Shown: piece after piece, positions 23,877 to 25,571 of the stretch
How positions within the stretch are numbered: the first letter of the stretch is position 1
Layout: the number at the start of each line of letters is the position of its first letter
DNA from: a virus
Taxonomy: Duplodnaviria; Caudoviricetes
IMG/VR virus record: IMGVR_UViG_3300001347_000043
Location: 1 to 25,571 of that record
Strand: one strand, 5' to 3'
Length of the DNA: 25,571 nt
Notes under the pieces: generated by a model
Database searches by the model: none
Seen by the model: the letters and a program-made list of their open reading frames with translations, nothing else
Told to the model about the DNA's origin: nothing
Position numbers and translations under genes: made by a program

Positions 23877-25569
23877 ATTCTTCTTCGTCTTCCCCGAAGG
23901 CAGCGTAACCTAAGCCTCCGGCACCTCCACCTGCAAGGAGCTGGTTCCTGAATGCCCTTGCTCTGTGTCTGTCAGAAACCGTGGGGTTTAAATTTAGAAT
24001 TTCTTCAGTGCCTACCTGTTGTTGGATGCTTTGAGAAGGAAATGGAACCTGTTCTGTAGGCCTTTCTACAGGCCCTGCGTCCTTAAGAGGTCCACTAGAA
24101 GAAGGGTTTTTACCCCCTAAGAAGTCTTCTCTAAAGTACGTAGCGTTGACTAGCTTATCCGCACCGGGAGGAGCAACCCCAAACAAATCATATCCATCAT
24201 TTATAAGAGTTTCTTTTCTACCATTAGGGTAGATAGCGTGAACAAGATTGACACCTCCTAAATCAATAGCACTAGAAAGCATACTATCGGTTAAAAGAAC
24301 ATAGCCTCTTTTGAGTGCTTTAGCTCTCTCAGTATCAGAGATACTTACTCCTTTAGTTTCTAAACCAGCAATAAGTTCTTCTGTGTCTTTGAATGGCTTT
24401 CGGAATGTACCTTGAAACGCTTTCTCTACAAGCTTCTTGTCTGCTTTTACACCACTCTTCTTTAAAAGAGCATGAAATTCTTCAAGACTTTCTGCGTTTT
24501 TAAGAGGGGAGTCTCCTCTAAAGGCCGTGTTTACAGCTTCTTGAAAAACAGGGTCGTTTACTTTCCTTTTCTGAGCCGCTGTTAAGTTTAACCCTTGTAG
24601 TTTTTTTAAGAAGTTAGTTCCACTTTTAAAATTTGTTGTTAAAGGCTGTTCTCCAAACAACTCTCTGGCAGCTTTTGCTATTTTAGAACCATGACTGCTT
24701 ACTGCGTCATTTCTTAGGTTTCCAGCAGCGCTTCCAAAAGCATTTCTTAAAACAAGCTTACCCCTACCGTCTCTCATTTTTTGATTTGAAGACATTAGGT
24801 CAAACATTTCTTCAGAAGCTTCTGGAAAAAACTCTTTAAAAGTGTCACGAGAATATGTACCAGATCCTAAGTTCACGTTACTCGTACGCGAGTTTATAAT
24901 AGGATTCTGAGGCGCGTCAAACTGCACATTAGTCATATAACTATGCTGTTTTTGCCCTTCAACTTTGTTTGATACCTCTCTAACTAACCTATTAGTTTGA
25001 TTGTCAATATCTTCTAAAAGACTAATTTTTTCAGCATCAGGCATGTCTGAGCTACCGATGTCTACTTTTAGTTGCTCTCCTCGTGCCCTTATGTCAGCCA
25101 CTTCTTTATAAGACTCGTCTACTAACTTTTTAAGCTGTAGAGGCATGTTCTCGTCAGCCAGTGCAAGTCCTTGTGGTGTTAGGAATTGTTCAATAGAGTT
25201 GGTTACCCCTCGTGCTCCAGAGCGAGCAGCGCCTAGATACTTTCCAACAGGACCTCCATAAAACCCTGTTATCTTGTTGTTCATGTTTTGAACAGGTATG
25301 TTAAGTGCGTTGCGAACACCTAATTTTTCTGCTGCTGCTCTTGAAGCATCTCCTACAACGTCCCCTATTTTTCTTGTGACTGCGTTTGGCGGTATAAAAG
25401 GAAGCATACCGAGAGCAGCCATACCGTAGTTAAAAGGTGTACGCTCTTCAGGGTTATACTTTAAGCGGTATAGATCAGCACCTAAGCCAGCAACATCGCC
25501 GACCACAGGAGCAAACATTGAAGCAAGCGCAAGATTATCTAAAGTCTCTTGAGTAGTGGCAGGTGTTGT
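23875..25569 (-). CDS. Large virion/ejection-type protein with pre-toxin-TG-like motif; 5' end outside window
   Basis: The frame stays open upstream of 25518 to the window edge (TTPATTQETLDNLALASMFAPVVGDVAG). Last gene of the late arm and AT-richer than nrdJ. Function is inferred. Confidence 0.55.
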   Translation of the reverse strand, partial: TTPATTQETLDNLALASMFAPVVGDVAGLGADLYRLKYNPEERTPFNYGMAALGMLPFIPPNAVTRKIGDVVGDASRAAAEKLGVRNALNIPVQNMNNKITGFYGGPVGKYLGAARSGARGVTNSIEQFLTPQGLALADENMPLQLKKLVDESYKEVADIRARGEQLKVDIGSSDMPDAEKISLLEDIDNQTNRLVREVSNKVEGQKQHSYMTNVQFDAPQNPIINSRTSNVNLGSGTYSRDTFKEFFPEASEEMFDLMSSNQKMRDGRGKLVLRNAFGSAAGNLRNDAVSSHGSKIAKAARELFGEQPLTTNFKSGTNFLKKLQGLNLTAAQKRKVNDPVFQEAVNTAFRGDSPLKNAESLEEFHALLKKSGVKADKKLVEKAFQGTFRKPFKDTEELIAGLETKGVSISDTERAKALKRGYVLLTDSMLSSAIDLGGVNLVHAIYPNGRKETLINDGYDLFGVAPPGADKLVNATYFREDFLGGKNPSSSGPLKDAGPVERPTEQVPFPSQSIQQQVGTEEILNLNPTVSDRHRARAFRNQLLAGGGAGGLGYAAFGEDEEE

Positions 25570-25571
25570 TT

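Noticed and set aside
1-25571. tRNA genes, integrase, phage RNA polymerase, stop-codon reassignment
   Set aside because: None recognised. Conserved genes are intact under the standard code, and TAA and TGA clearly serve as stops (TAG rarely).

Overview
The window is about 25.6 kb of a lytic podovirus genome. It has T7-like replication genes, no phage RNA polymerase in this window, and a bidirectional layout of the SIO1/LUZ24 type. The minus strand (1-9083) carries the morphogenesis arm: terS, terL, three tiny basic proteins, portal, scaffold, major capsid and a chain of modular tail-fibre genes. An ~880-bp non-coding region (9084-9960) with helically phased repeat arrays probably contains the physical genome ends. 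The plus strand (9961-23825) carries small early genes, thyX, SSB, primase-helicase, HNH, DNA polymerase A, a Cas4-like exonuclease, a GIY-YIG nuclease and a class II RNR. This arm ends at a bidirectional terminator facing a large, 5'-truncated minus-strand gene with a pre-toxin-TG-like motif. The most striking signal is upstream of the early operon: a near-consensus sigma-54 (-24/-12) promoter with four helically phased TGT-N10-ACA / GTCAA-N4-TTGAC boxes. This looks like a host enhancer-binding-protein-dependent switch, whereas the middle and late genes use near-perfect sigma-70 promoters. All assignments come from motif recognition by eye; no database searches were run.
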